64,000 nucleotides of DNA from an uncultured Methanomicrobiaceae archaeon (lineage in GTDB: Archaea > Halobacteriota > Methanomicrobia > Methanomicrobiales > Methanoculleaceae). The stretch covers positions 896,001 to 960,000 of the forward strand of contig CAWGXH010000004.1 in the NCBI GenBank assembly GCA_963826525.1, read 5' to 3'. The notes beneath the pieces are model-generated. The model saw only the letters and a list, made by a program, of their open reading frames with translations, searched no databases and was not told the DNA's origin. Below, one piece after another: positions 35,460 to 45,485 of this stretch; positions within the stretch are counted from its first letter, which is position 1, and every line of letters starts with the position of its first letter. A program made the position numbers and the translations under genes.

Positions 35460-36508
35460 GCGATAAACCTCCCGATGACGGGTTCGCCCGCAGGCGGCAT
35501 GGTGATCCGCTCGACGTTTGGTTCCATGGCGCGGATGGCGGCCTCTTCGCTCGAGATGTAGAGGCGGTCGCCGCATTCGCCGACGACCAGGGGGCGGAGT
35601 TTGATCCTATCGGTGAAACCGACCATCACATCGTGATTGGCGACGACGATGGCAAAAGGCCCGTTCATCATCGCAGGTCCGTATGCAAGCCTGATAGCAC
35701 GATTCAGCTTCTCCTGTGCATCGGGCATCGTATCGATGTCGTCCCAGAAGGGCGGCGCGAGGGCGCGGACGGCGAGATCGATATCGAGTCCGTGCTTTCG
35801 TACCAGGTGGTCGAAGAGATAGGCAACCACTTCGGTGTCGGTAAACATCGTGCACTGGTAGCCGTAACTCTCGATGTATCGCCGGTTCGTCCCGTATGAC
35901 GTGATCTCTCCATTGTGGACGACGCTCCAGTTCAAGAGGTTGAACGGGTGCGCTCCTCCCCACCACCCGGGGGTGTTGGTCGGGTAGCGGTTGTGCGCAA
36001 GCCAGATGTAGCCTTTGTAGTCCTCTATCCGGTAGAAGTCTGCGACCTCTTCCGGCCAGCCTGCAGCCTTGAAGACCCCTATGTTCTTGCCCGATGAGTA
36101 GATGAGTGCACCCTTCTGCGCGGTGTTGATCTTCATCACGATCTGCGCCACGATATCGTCTTCGGGTGCGTTGCTATGGGACATCCTGTTCGGGTCAGGC
36201 TTGAAGAAGTACCGCCACGGGATGTGGATTGCCCGAAGGCCGGGCTGATCGTAGGTCGGGATCCTTTCGTCGTGAACGATCGTCCCCCACTGCTCGAGCG
36301 TTGTGTCGACTATGCGCTTTGTCTCATGAGTATTGTCAAAAAACACATGCAACGCATAACAGTCTTTATATTCCGGATAGGCACCATAGGCTACGTATCC
36401 CGCTCCTTCTCCACTTCCGCGCTCATTCATCATGGAGAGAGCACGCTTAATGGCGGAACCGTCCATCCTCTGGCGCCGTCGATCCATTACTCCAATAATG
36501 CCACACAT
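35456..36508 (-). CDS. Glutamate synthase class-II glutamine amidotransferase subunit
   Basis: N-terminal MCGI, H.RYPTN, AHPF, HNGEI, TDTE. Confidence 0.92.
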   Translation of the reverse strand: MCGIIGVMDRRRQRMDGSAIKRALSMMNERGSGEGAGYVAYGAYPEYKDCYALHVFFDNTHETKRIVDTTLEQWGTIVHDERIPTYDQPGLRAIHIPWRYFFKPDPNRMSHSNAPEDDIVAQIVMKINTAQKGALIYSSGKNIGVFKAAGWPEEVADFYRIEDYKGYIWLAHNRYPTNTPGWWGGAHPFNLLNWSVVHNGEITSYGTNRRYIESYGYQCTMFTDTEVVAYLFDHLVRKHGLDIDLAVRALAPPFWDDIDTMPDAQEKLNRAIRLAYGPAMMNGPFAIVVANHDVMVGFTDRIKLRPLVVGECGDRLYISSEEAAIRAMEPNVERITMPPAGEPVIGRFIA

Positions 36509-36623
36509 TGTAATCACGAATGATCGAGTTCTGGTAGGAACTCCTTGAAAGTTAGATACGGTATCCTAATCAGGCTTCTGCGTACAGTGACGTTTGTATC
36601 AATAGGTATTTATTAGATTGGAT

Positions 36624-36637
36624 AGAAGTTTTCTTCC
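36624..36637 (+). promoter_or_regulatory. NrpR-like operator (AGAA-N6-TTCC) between the glnA TATA box and start codon
   Basis: 1 mismatch to consensus; TTTATTA at ~36609. Confidence 0.65.
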
Positions 36638-36639
36638 AT

Positions 36640-37968
36640 ATGCCCGGAGATGCAGTTACGGAAATGCTCGAGAGAATCGAGAAAGACAATGTTAAATTCC
36701 TCCGTCTTCAGTTTACCGACCTTCTCGGGATGCCCAAGAACGTGGCAATCCCCGTCAGTCAGGCGAAGAAGGCACTGACGGATGGTATCGGTTTTGACGG
36801 GTCCTCCATCGAGGGTTTTGTCCGGATCGAGGAATCCGACATGCTCTTAAAGCCGGATCTTGAGACCTACACGGTTCTCCCCTGGAGGCCACGCGAAAAC
36901 GCCGTCGCCCGGTTCATCTGCGATGTGCACAAGGCCAACGGCGAACCGTTCGAGGGAGACCCGCGCTATATCCTCCGGAAGGCCATGGAAGATGCGAAGA
37001 AGGATGGGTACACCTTCAACACTGGCCCGGAGCTTGAGTTCTTCCTCTTCAAGATGATCGACGGAAAGCCGTCAACCGCCTTCCAGGATGTCGGTGGCTA
37101 CTTCGACCTTGCGCCGACCGACCTTGCCGAGAACGTCCGCAGGGACATCGTCCTCGCGCTCGAATCAATGGGTTTTGAGATCGAGGCCTCCCACCACGAG
37201 GTGGCCGAGAGCCAGCACGAGATCGACTTCAAGTACGGCGACGCCCTCAAGACCGCCGACAACGTCGTGACCTTCAAGTTCGCCACCAAGACCCTCGCAC
37301 TCATGGCCGGCCTGCACGCAACCTTCATGGCAAAACCCGTCTACGGCATCAACGGGAGCGGCATGCACGTGAACAGTTCGCTCTCAAAAGACGGGAAGAA
37401 CGCCTTCTACGATCCGAACGGCAAGCTGCAGCTCTCCGAGACCGCGTACTACTTCATCGGCGGCCTCATGAAGCACGCAAAGGCGATAACCCGGGTGGCG
37501 AATCCGACGATCAACTCCTACAAACGGCTCGTCCCCGGCTACGAGGCACCGTGCTATATCAGCTGGAGTGCGAGCAACCGGTCGGCACAGATCCGTGTCC
37601 CCGCCCCGCGCGGCAACAGCACCCGTGTCGAGTTCCGGAGCCCCGACCCGACCTGCAATCCATACCTTGCCTTCGCGGCGATGCTCGCTGCCGGTATGGA
37701 CGGCGTCCGGAACAGGATCGAGCCCCCGGCAAGCACCAACAAGAACATCTTCCATATGACCCCTGCCGAGCGGCAGGAAGCAGGCATCGAAACGCTGCCC
37801 GGAAACCTCTACGAGGCACACCAGGCGCTCCTTGCCGATGATGTCGTCTGCAAGGCGCTTGGGAAACACGTCGTGGATGCGCTCACCTGCATCGCAGAGG
37901 CCGAGTGGGATTCGTTCCGCACCGCAGTACACCCCTGGGAAATTGAGCGCTATCTCGCAACCTACTAA
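36640..37968 (+). CDS. glnA: Glutamine synthetase type I
   Basis: FDGSSI.G, HHEVA..QHEI, ATFM.KP, NGSGMH, NSYKRLVPGYEAP. Confidence 0.97.
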   Translation: MPGDAVTEMLERIEKDNVKFLRLQFTDLLGMPKNVAIPVSQAKKALTDGIGFDGSSIEGFVRIEESDMLLKPDLETYTVLPWRPRENAVARFICDVHKANGEPFEGDPRYILRKAMEDAKKDGYTFNTGPELEFFLFKMIDGKPSTAFQDVGGYFDLAPTDLAENVRRDIVLALESMGFEIEASHHEVAESQHEIDFKYGDALKTADNVVTFKFATKTLALMAGLHATFMAKPVYGINGSGMHVNSSLSKDGKNAFYDPNGKLQLSETAYYFIGGLMKHAKAITRVANPTINSYKRLVPGYEAPCYISWSASNRSAQIRVPAPRGNSTRVEFRSPDPTCNPYLAFAAMLAAGMDGVRNRIEPPASTNKNIFHMTPAERQEAGIETLPGNLYEAHQALLADDVVCKALGKHVVDALTCIAEAEWDSFRTAVHPWEIERYLATY

Positions 37969-38169
37969 TACCTTTTTTCTTATCCGGGTGAAGCGGTATA
38001 CCCGCTCTCGGGTGAGCGCATACTGTTTGCCCCTCCTTCGGAGGATCTGCGACGGAAAGGGTCTGGCAACGCGGCTTAGATCTGGTGTCTTTCGGGGCAG
38101 ATTCGGTAAAAAGTCGTTCGATACCTCCGGTTCCTCCTTCGGTTGAAAACGAAGTTATAATATTCAGGG

Positions 38170-38183
38170 GGATGGAATCTTCT
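38170..38183 (+). promoter_or_regulatory. Degenerate NrpR-like operator (GGAT-N6-TTCT)
   Basis: Directly after TATA TTATAAT; spacer resembles the other two sites. Confidence 0.45.
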
Positions 38184-38209
38184 TGTGTCCGCTATCGTGA
38201 GGTATAGCG

Positions 38210-39799
38210 ATGAATCTTAGACAACCGAATGCTAACGAAGCAATTGGAACCGCCAACCGGTCGCGGAACGTCGTTCCGATGTCCGGTCTGTGCACCCGTT
38301 GTGTTGACGGGTGCAAGGGGAGCTGCGAAGTCTGGCTCTCCTCGTTCCGTGGCAGAGAAGTTCTCTACCCGGGGCCTTTTGGCGAGATCACAGCAGGCGC
38401 AGACAAGAACTACCCGATTGACTATTCTCACCTGAACATTCAGGGCTACGCCGTGGGTGCCAAGGGACTTCCCGAAGGCATCGAAGCGAACTCTGATAAT
38501 GCCGTCTTCTCAGCGGTCGACACGGAGACCGAGTACGGCTGGGATATCAAGGTGCCGATGCGCGTCCCGATCTTCACCGGTGCACTCGGATCGACCGAGA
38601 TCGCCCGGGCGAACTGGGAGCACTTTGCAATCGGTGCAGCAATCTCCGGCATTACGCTGGTCTGCGGCGAGAACGTCTGTGGCGTTGACCCCGAGCTCGT
38701 ATTGGACAACGAGGGTAAGGTCAAGGAATCGCCCGAGATGGATCGTCGTATCGAGACCTACAAGAAGTTCCACGAGGGCTACGGTGAGATCCTGGTGCAG
38801 ATGAATGTGGAGGACACGCGGCTTGGAACCGCGGAGTATGTCTCCTCGAAGCACAATCTCGAGACGATCGAGCTCAAGTGGGGGCAGGGTGCCAAGTGCA
38901 TCGGCGGCGAGATCAAGGTCAAGACGCTTTCCCGGGCAACGGAACTGAAGAACCGGGGCTACGTCGTCCTTCCCGACCCGACCCTCCCCGAAGTGCAGAA
39001 GGCCTTCGAGGACGGTGCACTCAAGGAGTTCGAGCGTCACTCCCGCCTCGGGTTCGTGACGCGCGAAGGTTTCCTCGAGGAGGTCGACCGTCTCCGTGAT
39101 ATCGGGTTCAAGCGGGTCACCCTAAAGACCGGTGCGTACTCGGCAGTCGAGCTCGCCATGGCACTTCGCTACAGTGCCGAAGCGAAGATCGACCTGCTCA
39201 CCATCGACGGTGCACCGGGCGGCACGGGTATGAGCCCCTGGCCGATGATGAACGAGTGGGGTATCCCGACCTTCTACATCGAGGCGCTCACCTACCAGTT
39301 TGCGGAGAGGCTCCGCGAGCGTGGAATCCGTGTGCCCGACCTCGCCATTGCCGGCGGGTTTGCCGATGAAGCGAATGCATTCAAGGCACTCGCGATGGGC
39401 AGCCCCTACGTCAAGGCGGTCTGCATGGGCAGGGCTCTCATGATCCCGGGCATGACCGGCAAGAACATTGCGAAGTGGCTCGAGAAGGGAGAACTGCCAA
39501 AGACCGTCCTGAAGTACGGCAGCAGCGTTCCCGAGATCTTCGTCTACTACGAAGACCTCAAGGAGAAGTACCACGACCGGATCGACGAGATCCCGCTCGG
39601 TGCGCTCGGTATCTACTCCTATGCCCAGAAGTTCAAGACCGGTATGCAGCAGATCATGGCGGGCAGCAGGAACTTCAACTTAAAGACCGTCTCCAGAAGC
39701 GACCTGATGGCGCTGACCGAGGAGGCCGAGAAGGTATCCGGCATTCCGTACGTCATGAGTGCTTACCGGGACGCAGCAGAAGCAATTCTAGACTCCTGA
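38210..39799 (+). CDS. FMN-binding glutamate synthase-related protein
   Basis: N-terminal CxxCxxxCxxxC, ELKWGQGAK..GG, DGA.GGTG. Confidence 0.85.
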   Translation: MNLRQPNANEAIGTANRSRNVVPMSGLCTRCVDGCKGSCEVWLSSFRGREVLYPGPFGEITAGADKNYPIDYSHLNIQGYAVGAKGLPEGIEANSDNAVFSAVDTETEYGWDIKVPMRVPIFTGALGSTEIARANWEHFAIGAAISGITLVCGENVCGVDPELVLDNEGKVKESPEMDRRIETYKKFHEGYGEILVQMNVEDTRLGTAEYVSSKHNLETIELKWGQGAKCIGGEIKVKTLSRATELKNRGYVVLPDPTLPEVQKAFEDGALKEFERHSRLGFVTREGFLEEVDRLRDIGFKRVTLKTGAYSAVELAMALRYSAEAKIDLLTIDGAPGGTGMSPWPMMNEWGIPTFYIEALTYQFAERLRERGIRVPDLAIAGGFADEANAFKALAMGSPYVKAVCMGRALMIPGMTGKNIAKWLEKGELPKTVLKYGSSVPEIFVYYEDLKEKYHDRIDEIPLGALGIYSYAQKFKTGMQQIMAGSRNFNLKTVSRSDLMALTEEAEKVSGIPYVMSAYRDAAEAILDS

Positions 39800-39940
39800 G
39801 CGGAAAGGCATCTCCGGGAGTGCGGGGAGGGTGCAGGGGGAAACCCCGTATACTACCCCCGCTCTTTCCCGTTCGATCAAACGGAATGCATGAGCCCGTC
39901 GTGCGGCCTAAAAAAGAGTAGTATCTTTCTCTTCTGACTA

Positions 39941-40258
39941 TCAGCAGCACTGCTTGCCGCCGGACTCTTCCCCCTCAAGGAGAAGCCCGCCGAAGAGCAC
40001 CTTCTCAAGCACCTCTGCGACGTACTTCATCTTCTGGGTAGTTTCCGTATCTTCATAGCGGTGGATATCTGCGTAGATCTGGAGGCGGAGAAGGCCGAAG
40101 CGCAGCTTATCGAGTTCGTCTTCTTTCAGGGCCATCGCTTCACGGTAGATCTCTTCGATCAGGAAGGGAAACTCATCAAGGTTAGCAAGCGCCGCGACGA
40201 TGGGGGAAAAGACGGGGAGGTCCTCACCCCGGCCGATGAGAATTGTATGAGAGTCCAT
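39941..40258 (-). CDS. Hypothetical protein, coupled to mrp, ends in CC
   Basis: Start 1 nt after mrp stop; typical codon usage. Confidence 0.7.
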   Translation of the reverse strand: MDSHTILIGRGEDLPVFSPIVAALANLDEFPFLIEEIYREAMALKEDELDKLRFGLLRLQIYADIHRYEDTETTQKMKYVAEVLEKVLFGGLLLEGEESGGKQCC

Positions 40259-40259
40259 C

Positions 40260-41153
40260 TTATCCCTCGATCTCGTGTAAGAGGGCTTCCATGACGTTGT
40301 TGATACTTGTCCAGGTCGGGTTCTCTTCTGCCCGCCGGATGATGAAGGGGCGTCCCTCATCCCCGGCCCGCCGCATCTCCGGGTCGAGTGGAATTGCGCC
40401 GAGGAAGGGAACTTTGAGTTCTTTTGCCTCCCTCTCACCGCCGCCCTTGCCGAAGATGTCAATCTCCTCCTTGCAGTGGGGGCATACGAACCCGCTCATG
40501 TTCTCCACGATACCGAGGACGGGAAGGTCGAGTTTCCGGATGAACTCCACAGCCTTGCTCGAGTCCATCACCGCAACATCCTGGGGTGTGGTGACGATGA
40601 CGGCACCGGCAATGTTAGGAGCGAGCTGGGCGATTGTGAGTGCTTCGTCGCCGGTTCCCGGTGGCAGGTCGACGACCATGAAGTCCAGGTCTCCCCAGTT
40701 GACGTCCTCAAGGAACTGCCGAATCACTCCCATCTTCATCGGGCCGCGCCAGATGATCGGGGTGCTCCTCGCGGGTAGCAGGAACGCCATCGAGACGACG
40801 CCGAGCGTGCCCGTGACGTGGACGGGTTCGATGATCTTTCCGTCGTAGGACTGCAGTTTCGCATCTTCGATGCCGAGCATCTTCGGGATGTTCGGGCCGT
40901 GGATATCGAGGTCGATGAGGCCGGTTTTATAGCCGTGATTGGAAAGAGCGTACGCGAGGTTCGCCGCAACCGTGCTCTTTCCGACTCCACCCTTGCCGCT
41001 GAGCACGAGGATGACGTGTTTGACGTTGACGTTTGCCTTCGGGGGGAGGCCATGCCCTTCCTTATTGCGTGGGTCATCGCACTTCGTTGCGGACGGGCAG
41101 CTGGCGCAGTTGCCGGCGCACGCCTCTTCGGTAGGTTGGTTGGATTCTGCCAT
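40260..41153 (-). CDS. Mrp/NBP35 Fe-S cluster carrier ATPase
   Basis: GKGGVGKST, DLPPGTGDE, ENMSGF.CP.C, N-terminal Cys cluster. Confidence 0.93.
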   Translation of the reverse strand: MAESNQPTEEACAGNCASCPSATKCDDPRNKEGHGLPPKANVNVKHVILVLSGKGGVGKSTVAANLAYALSNHGYKTGLIDLDIHGPNIPKMLGIEDAKLQSYDGKIIEPVHVTGTLGVVSMAFLLPARSTPIIWRGPMKMGVIRQFLEDVNWGDLDFMVVDLPPGTGDEALTIAQLAPNIAGAVIVTTPQDVAVMDSSKAVEFIRKLDLPVLGIVENMSGFVCPHCKEEIDIFGKGGGEREAKELKVPFLGAIPLDPEMRRAGDEGRPFIIRRAEENPTWTSINNVMEALLHEIEG

Positions 41154-41272
41154 AGTATGTATTCTCCGTGATGTCTTGAAAACGTCGAGCTATTATATAT
41201 TAACGGTAAACGCAACAAAAACATAGTGGTGAGGGCAAAAGATCCACGCGAGTGCGTTTCGATCCCGGTACG

Positions 41273-41551
41273 TCATCCTCCGGCGGCAGGCGGAAAGAGA
41301 GCGACGGTATCGCCGTCGGCGAGTGGTGTTGCAAAGCCTCCGGTAAAATGAATATTCCTCCCGCTTTTGAGAATATTGACGTACTCACTGAGTTCTTTGC
41401 CGTCGGCATAGAGTGCTGGTGAGAGACCCCTATAGCGGTTGGTCAGGATGTCGAGGAGATCCCCGACCGTCGCTCCGTCCGGCATCGCGACGTCGACCTC
41501 CCGGGGCATAACCTCCCGGAAACCGGCGAATGCTTTCACCCTCACGTGCAT
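41273..41551 (-). CDS. MoaD/ThiS (SAMP-like) sulfur carrier
   Basis: FA.FRE, GD.VALFPP, C-terminal GG. Confidence 0.9.
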   Translation of the reverse strand: MHVRVKAFAGFREVMPREVDVAMPDGATVGDLLDILTNRYRGLSPALYADGKELSEYVNILKSGRNIHFTGGFATPLADGDTVALFPPAAGG

Positions 41552-41852
41552 ATCGCCGTTCTCTCCCGGAGAACTTTGCAGTCCGCAGATCTGGCAGGCT
41601 GCTCCCGCCCTCCGTGTCTGAAACGTGCTCTCTGGCAGGTATCTCTCTTCGTGCTTGATCTCATACCCAGTAAGGTCTGGTTTCAGAGGCCATCCCATAT
41701 GAATATCACGGCAGATCCCCTCCGGCCTTTTGGGGTCTGCTTACTATCCTTGCAGAGGTAAATGCCTTTTTAGAGGACACTTCGCCTGTCCCGGCAGGAG
41801 ATCAGAGAGACTATTATACCCCGCACCCCCTATGGGGTGCCTGGTGCTGTTC

Positions 41853-43667
41853 ATGAACGGATATGCAGACAGAATCCTCCACGTAGATCTGACCCATGGT
41901 TCGATCGATACCCACCCGTATCCCGAAGACTGGAAACGGCGGTACATCGGCGGCCGGGGTCTTGGTATCCGGCTCCTCTCCGAGATGGTAGATCCGAGGG
42001 TCGACCCACTCAGCGAGGAGAATGTTCTCATCTTTGCCACCGGCCCCATCGCCGGCAGCGGGTTTCCGATCGGGTCGCGCTACGATGTCATCACCAAATC
42101 GCCCCTGACCGGTACGTGCACGACGTCGAACTCGGGCGGGAAGTTCGGCACGGCCATGAAACGCGCCGGGTACGACGCCGTCATCCTCACCGGGAGATCG
42201 GAGAAGCCCGTCTACCTCTTCCTCGATAACGGCAGTGCGGAACTCCGGGACGCCTCCGAACTCTGGGGCAGGACGACCAGCGAGACCGCGACGGCGGTGC
42301 AGCAGGAGCACGGCGATCCCGGGATCAAGGTGGCGTGTATCGGCCCCGCTGGAGAGCGCCTCTCCAGGATCGCCTCGGTCATGAACGAAAACTCCCGTGC
42401 CGCCGGACGCGGGGGTGTCGGTGCTGTTATGGGCTCAAAGAACCTCAAGGCGATCGCGGCGAGGGGGAAGGGTTCGATCGGCGTTGCCGACCGGGAGGCG
42501 TTTCTCCGGCTCAAAGGCGAGATCGGTTCGAAGATACGGGAGAATGCGATATCGGGTGGAGGTCTTCCCCGTTTCGGGACTGCTGTCCTTGTCAACATCA
42601 TCAATGAGAACTACATCCTCCCTGTCCGGAACTTCCAGGAGAATCATTTCCCGAATGCAGAAGCGATCTCCGGCGAACAGATGACGGAGACCATCCTCAC
42701 CGGGAAGATGGGATGCCAGGCCTGTGTTATCCAGTGCGGCCGCGAGGTCGAGATCGAGGGCAAACAGATGGAAGGGCCCAGGTACCAGACGATCTGGGCG
42801 TTCGGGCCTGACTGCGGCATCGACGATCTTGCGATGATCGCAAAGGCAAACCAGCGCTGTAACGACCTTGGCCTCGACACCATCTCGACCGGGGCTACCA
42901 TCGCCTGCGCCATGGAGCTCTTCGAGAAGGGATATATCAACGAGGAGATCAGGTTCGGGGATGCGGAAAAGATGTACGATCTCGTCCGGATGATCGGGTA
43001 CCGGGAAGGGATCGGGGACGAGCTCGCCGAGGGTTCGTACCGGTTCGCGGAGCAGTCCGGCCACCCCGAACTCTCGATGAGCGTCAAGCGGCAGGAACTT
43101 CCCGCCTATGACCCGAGGGGACTGCAAGGGCATGGCCTTGAATACGCCACCTCCGTCCGGGGAGGCGACCACGTCTACGGGTACATGATATCCCCCGAAG
43201 TGCTCGGCTCTCCGGAGAAACTGGATCCCTATACGAGCGAGGGCAAAGCGGTCTGGACAAAGACGTTTCAGGATCTCACCGCCGTCATCGACTCGTCGGG
43301 AAGCTGCCTCTTCACCTCGTTCCCGCTCGGAGCGGGGGATTACGCGAGCATGATCGCAGCCGTCACCGGCTTTGACATCGACGGTGATGAGGTGCTCACT
43401 ATCGGTGACCGGATCTGGACCATGCAGAAGATCTTCAACCTCAAAGCCGGGTTTGGGAAAGAGGACGATACCCTCCCGCTGCGCCTCCTGAACGAGCCAC
43501 TCAAGGAGGGCGCTCCGAAAGGCCGGGTATGGGAGCGCCAGCCCCTCCTCGACGAGTACTACCGGGCGCGGGGATGGGACTCCAACGGTCGGCCGACCGC
43601 GGAGAAACTCCGGGAACTCGGGATCGAGTCCCTCTCCCCGGAGGCTGCCGGCATCCCAGGCAGGTAA
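41853..43667 (+). CDS. aor: Tungsten aldehyde:ferredoxin oxidoreductase family
   Basis: KSPLTG, AAGRGG.GAVMGSKNLKA, C..C.I.C, GLDTIS. Confidence 0.92.
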   Translation: MNGYADRILHVDLTHGSIDTHPYPEDWKRRYIGGRGLGIRLLSEMVDPRVDPLSEENVLIFATGPIAGSGFPIGSRYDVITKSPLTGTCTTSNSGGKFGTAMKRAGYDAVILTGRSEKPVYLFLDNGSAELRDASELWGRTTSETATAVQQEHGDPGIKVACIGPAGERLSRIASVMNENSRAAGRGGVGAVMGSKNLKAIAARGKGSIGVADREAFLRLKGEIGSKIRENAISGGGLPRFGTAVLVNIINENYILPVRNFQENHFPNAEAISGEQMTETILTGKMGCQACVIQCGREVEIEGKQMEGPRYQTIWAFGPDCGIDDLAMIAKANQRCNDLGLDTISTGATIACAMELFEKGYINEEIRFGDAEKMYDLVRMIGYREGIGDELAEGSYRFAEQSGHPELSMSVKRQELPAYDPRGLQGHGLEYATSVRGGDHVYGYMISPEVLGSPEKLDPYTSEGKAVWTKTFQDLTAVIDSSGSCLFTSFPLGAGDYASMIAAVTGFDIDGDEVLTIGDRIWTMQKIFNLKAGFGKEDDTLPLRLLNEPLKEGAPKGRVWERQPLLDEYYRARGWDSNGRPTAEKLRELGIESLSPEAAGIPGR

Positions 43668-43669
43668 CT

Positions 43670-44130
43670 TTACTTTCCCTCTCTCTTTATCCGCCAGCCC
43701 CCCGTTGCTGCGGGGATGCAGTCGATCTCCGGCGAATACGGTTTGATGTCCAGCACCGGTGTCCCGTCGAGGGCATCAAGGCCCCGGACGGCAAGGACGG
43801 CCCCGTCGCGGGAGACCAGGTCTACAATGCCGAGCCCGATGGGGTTCGGACGTGCCGGGGATCGGGTGGAAAAGACGCCTCTCTGCTCGCTCTCTCCCGG
43901 TGGTGTCGCGAAAAGGAGCCCCCGCTCCGCCCGATCAAGCCAATAGAGAACGATCAGGTGGCTGCTCCCCTCCACGTTCTGCAGGCCGGGGAAAACTCCT
44001 CGAAGATATGAATCTCGGCAGCCGTATCGACGAGCCGCCCCTGCCGGGGTGCATCGCCGCGCTCCCGGTACGGCGAACGGACGACCCCTATTGGAATGCA
44101 TTCCATGCACGCTTTACGTTCCATAGTCAT
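43670..44130 (-). CDS. trmO: tRNA m6t6A37 methyltransferase TrmO/TsaA (frameshift ~43993)
   Basis: PIGVV.SPY, APRQG, GVFSTRSP.RPNPIG, DGTPVLDIKPY. Confidence 0.88.
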
Positions 44131-44560
44131 GTCCTCTCTGTGCTCCTCCATACGTATCAAGCGTCTCGTTGCAGAGGCGGTCGGCGACCCTGATGCAGGG
44201 GTTTTCCCGGGGGACGCTGACGAACGAGACCGCCTCGAAGGCCTTCGCACGCTGCAGCACCTCACGGTGGAGTGCGGCAAGATGCTCTTTTCTGATCTGG
44301 TATCGCCCGGTGAGCTGCCGGATGACGAGCTCGCTGTCCGAGTGGACGATGACCTTCCCGCCGGTATGCTTCCGGGCTTCGGTCAGTGCATTGATGACTG
44401 CGTGGTACTCGGCGACGTTGTTCGTCGCCCGGCCAAGGTAGCCCGATCGCGACTCGACGATGCTGCCGTCCCGCACGACCACGAATGCCCATGCTGCGGC
44501 TCCCGGGTTGCCGCGGGAAGCTCCGTCCGTGTAGATGGTAAGGGTATCTCCGTTCGTCAT
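44114..44560 (-). CDS. rnhA: Ribonuclease HI
   Basis: YTDGASRGNPG, TNN.AEY, DSEL, PRE.P...AD. Confidence 0.92.
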   Translation of the reverse strand: MTNGDTLTIYTDGASRGNPGAAAWAFVVVRDGSIVESRSGYLGRATNNVAEYHAVINALTEARKHTGGKVIVHSDSELVIRQLTGRYQIRKEHLAALHREVLQRAKAFEAVSFVSVPRENPCIRVADRLCNETLDTYGGAQRGHDYGT

Positions 44561-44714
44561 GACTGGATCCTGCCGCACCGGCGGCGGAGACGGTTCTTTT
44601 TGACCGTCTGCACCTGAAGGGTGATTGTCCGATCTGCTCGATGTTATGTGTATCCCTTTGCAGGTATCTTTCGACCGTACTACCTTTATAGTCGGGTTGT
44701 ACAGAGGCACCCCC

Positions 44715-45419
44715 ATGCTGGATATGGGTAGGGTCATCGAGGATGTAACGCTCCGGGATCGAAGTCGCGTCTTTGAAGACCGAACCGATGCGGGCAGAAA
44801 GCTTGCGGCGGCTATTTCATCGCTCGAGGGGATGGAAAACCCGGTTGTCTGCCCCATTCCCGCGGGCGGCGTTCCTCTCGGGATTGAAGTGGCGCGGGTG
44901 CTTTCCGCACCGCTCCGGATGGCCGTTGTCCGGAAAGTGCAGATCCCCTGGAACCCCGAAGCCGGGTTCGGTGCCGTCACCTGGGACGGACGCGTCTTCC
45001 TGAACCGGGCTATGCTCGCCGGGCTCGATCTGACGGACGGGGAGATCGATGCCGCCGTCGAAAAAGCACGGCGGAACGTCCGGGAGCGGCTCGAGCGGTT
45101 CTCAAGCGATCGGCCGGAACCGTCCCTTAAGGATGCGACTGCCATCCTGATCGACGACGGGCTTGCCACCGGGTATACAATGCTTGCTGCCCTCGAGGCT
45201 GCATTGGCAGAGTCGCCCCGGCGCGTGATCGTAGCTGTTCCGACGGGCTCGCTCCGTTCAGTTGAGTTCATGGCGGAGAAGGCCGATCTGGTCGTCTGTC
45301 TCAATGTCAGGACCGGCTACTCGTTTGCGGTCGCCGAGGCGTACAGGCGGTGGCATGATCTCTCCGATAGCGAGGTGGAGAGCCTGCTCATTCAGGCGCG
45401 CGATATGGGGTTCTATTAA
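44715..45419 (+). CDS. Phosphoribosyltransferase family protein
   Basis: F.DR.DAG..LA, GGVP, VRK, LIDDGLATG PRPP loop. Confidence 0.9.
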   Translation: MLDMGRVIEDVTLRDRSRVFEDRTDAGRKLAAAISSLEGMENPVVCPIPAGGVPLGIEVARVLSAPLRMAVVRKVQIPWNPEAGFGAVTWDGRVFLNRAMLAGLDLTDGEIDAAVEKARRNVRERLERFSSDRPEPSLKDATAILIDDGLATGYTMLAALEAALAESPRRVIVAVPTGSLRSVEFMAEKADLVVCLNVRTGYSFAVAEAYRRWHDLSDSEVESLLIQARDMGFY

Positions 45420-45485
45420 GGGCGGTCTCTCCTGGCATAACCTCTTTATACCACGTGCCCCTTGAGTGGGCCGGAGGAGTTCTTC

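Noticed and set aside
39824-39860. GNRA hairpin (GGGG-GAAA-CCCC, extended stem) after the FMN-GOGAT gene
   Set aside because: Single hairpin between convergent genes; most simply a terminator or stability element
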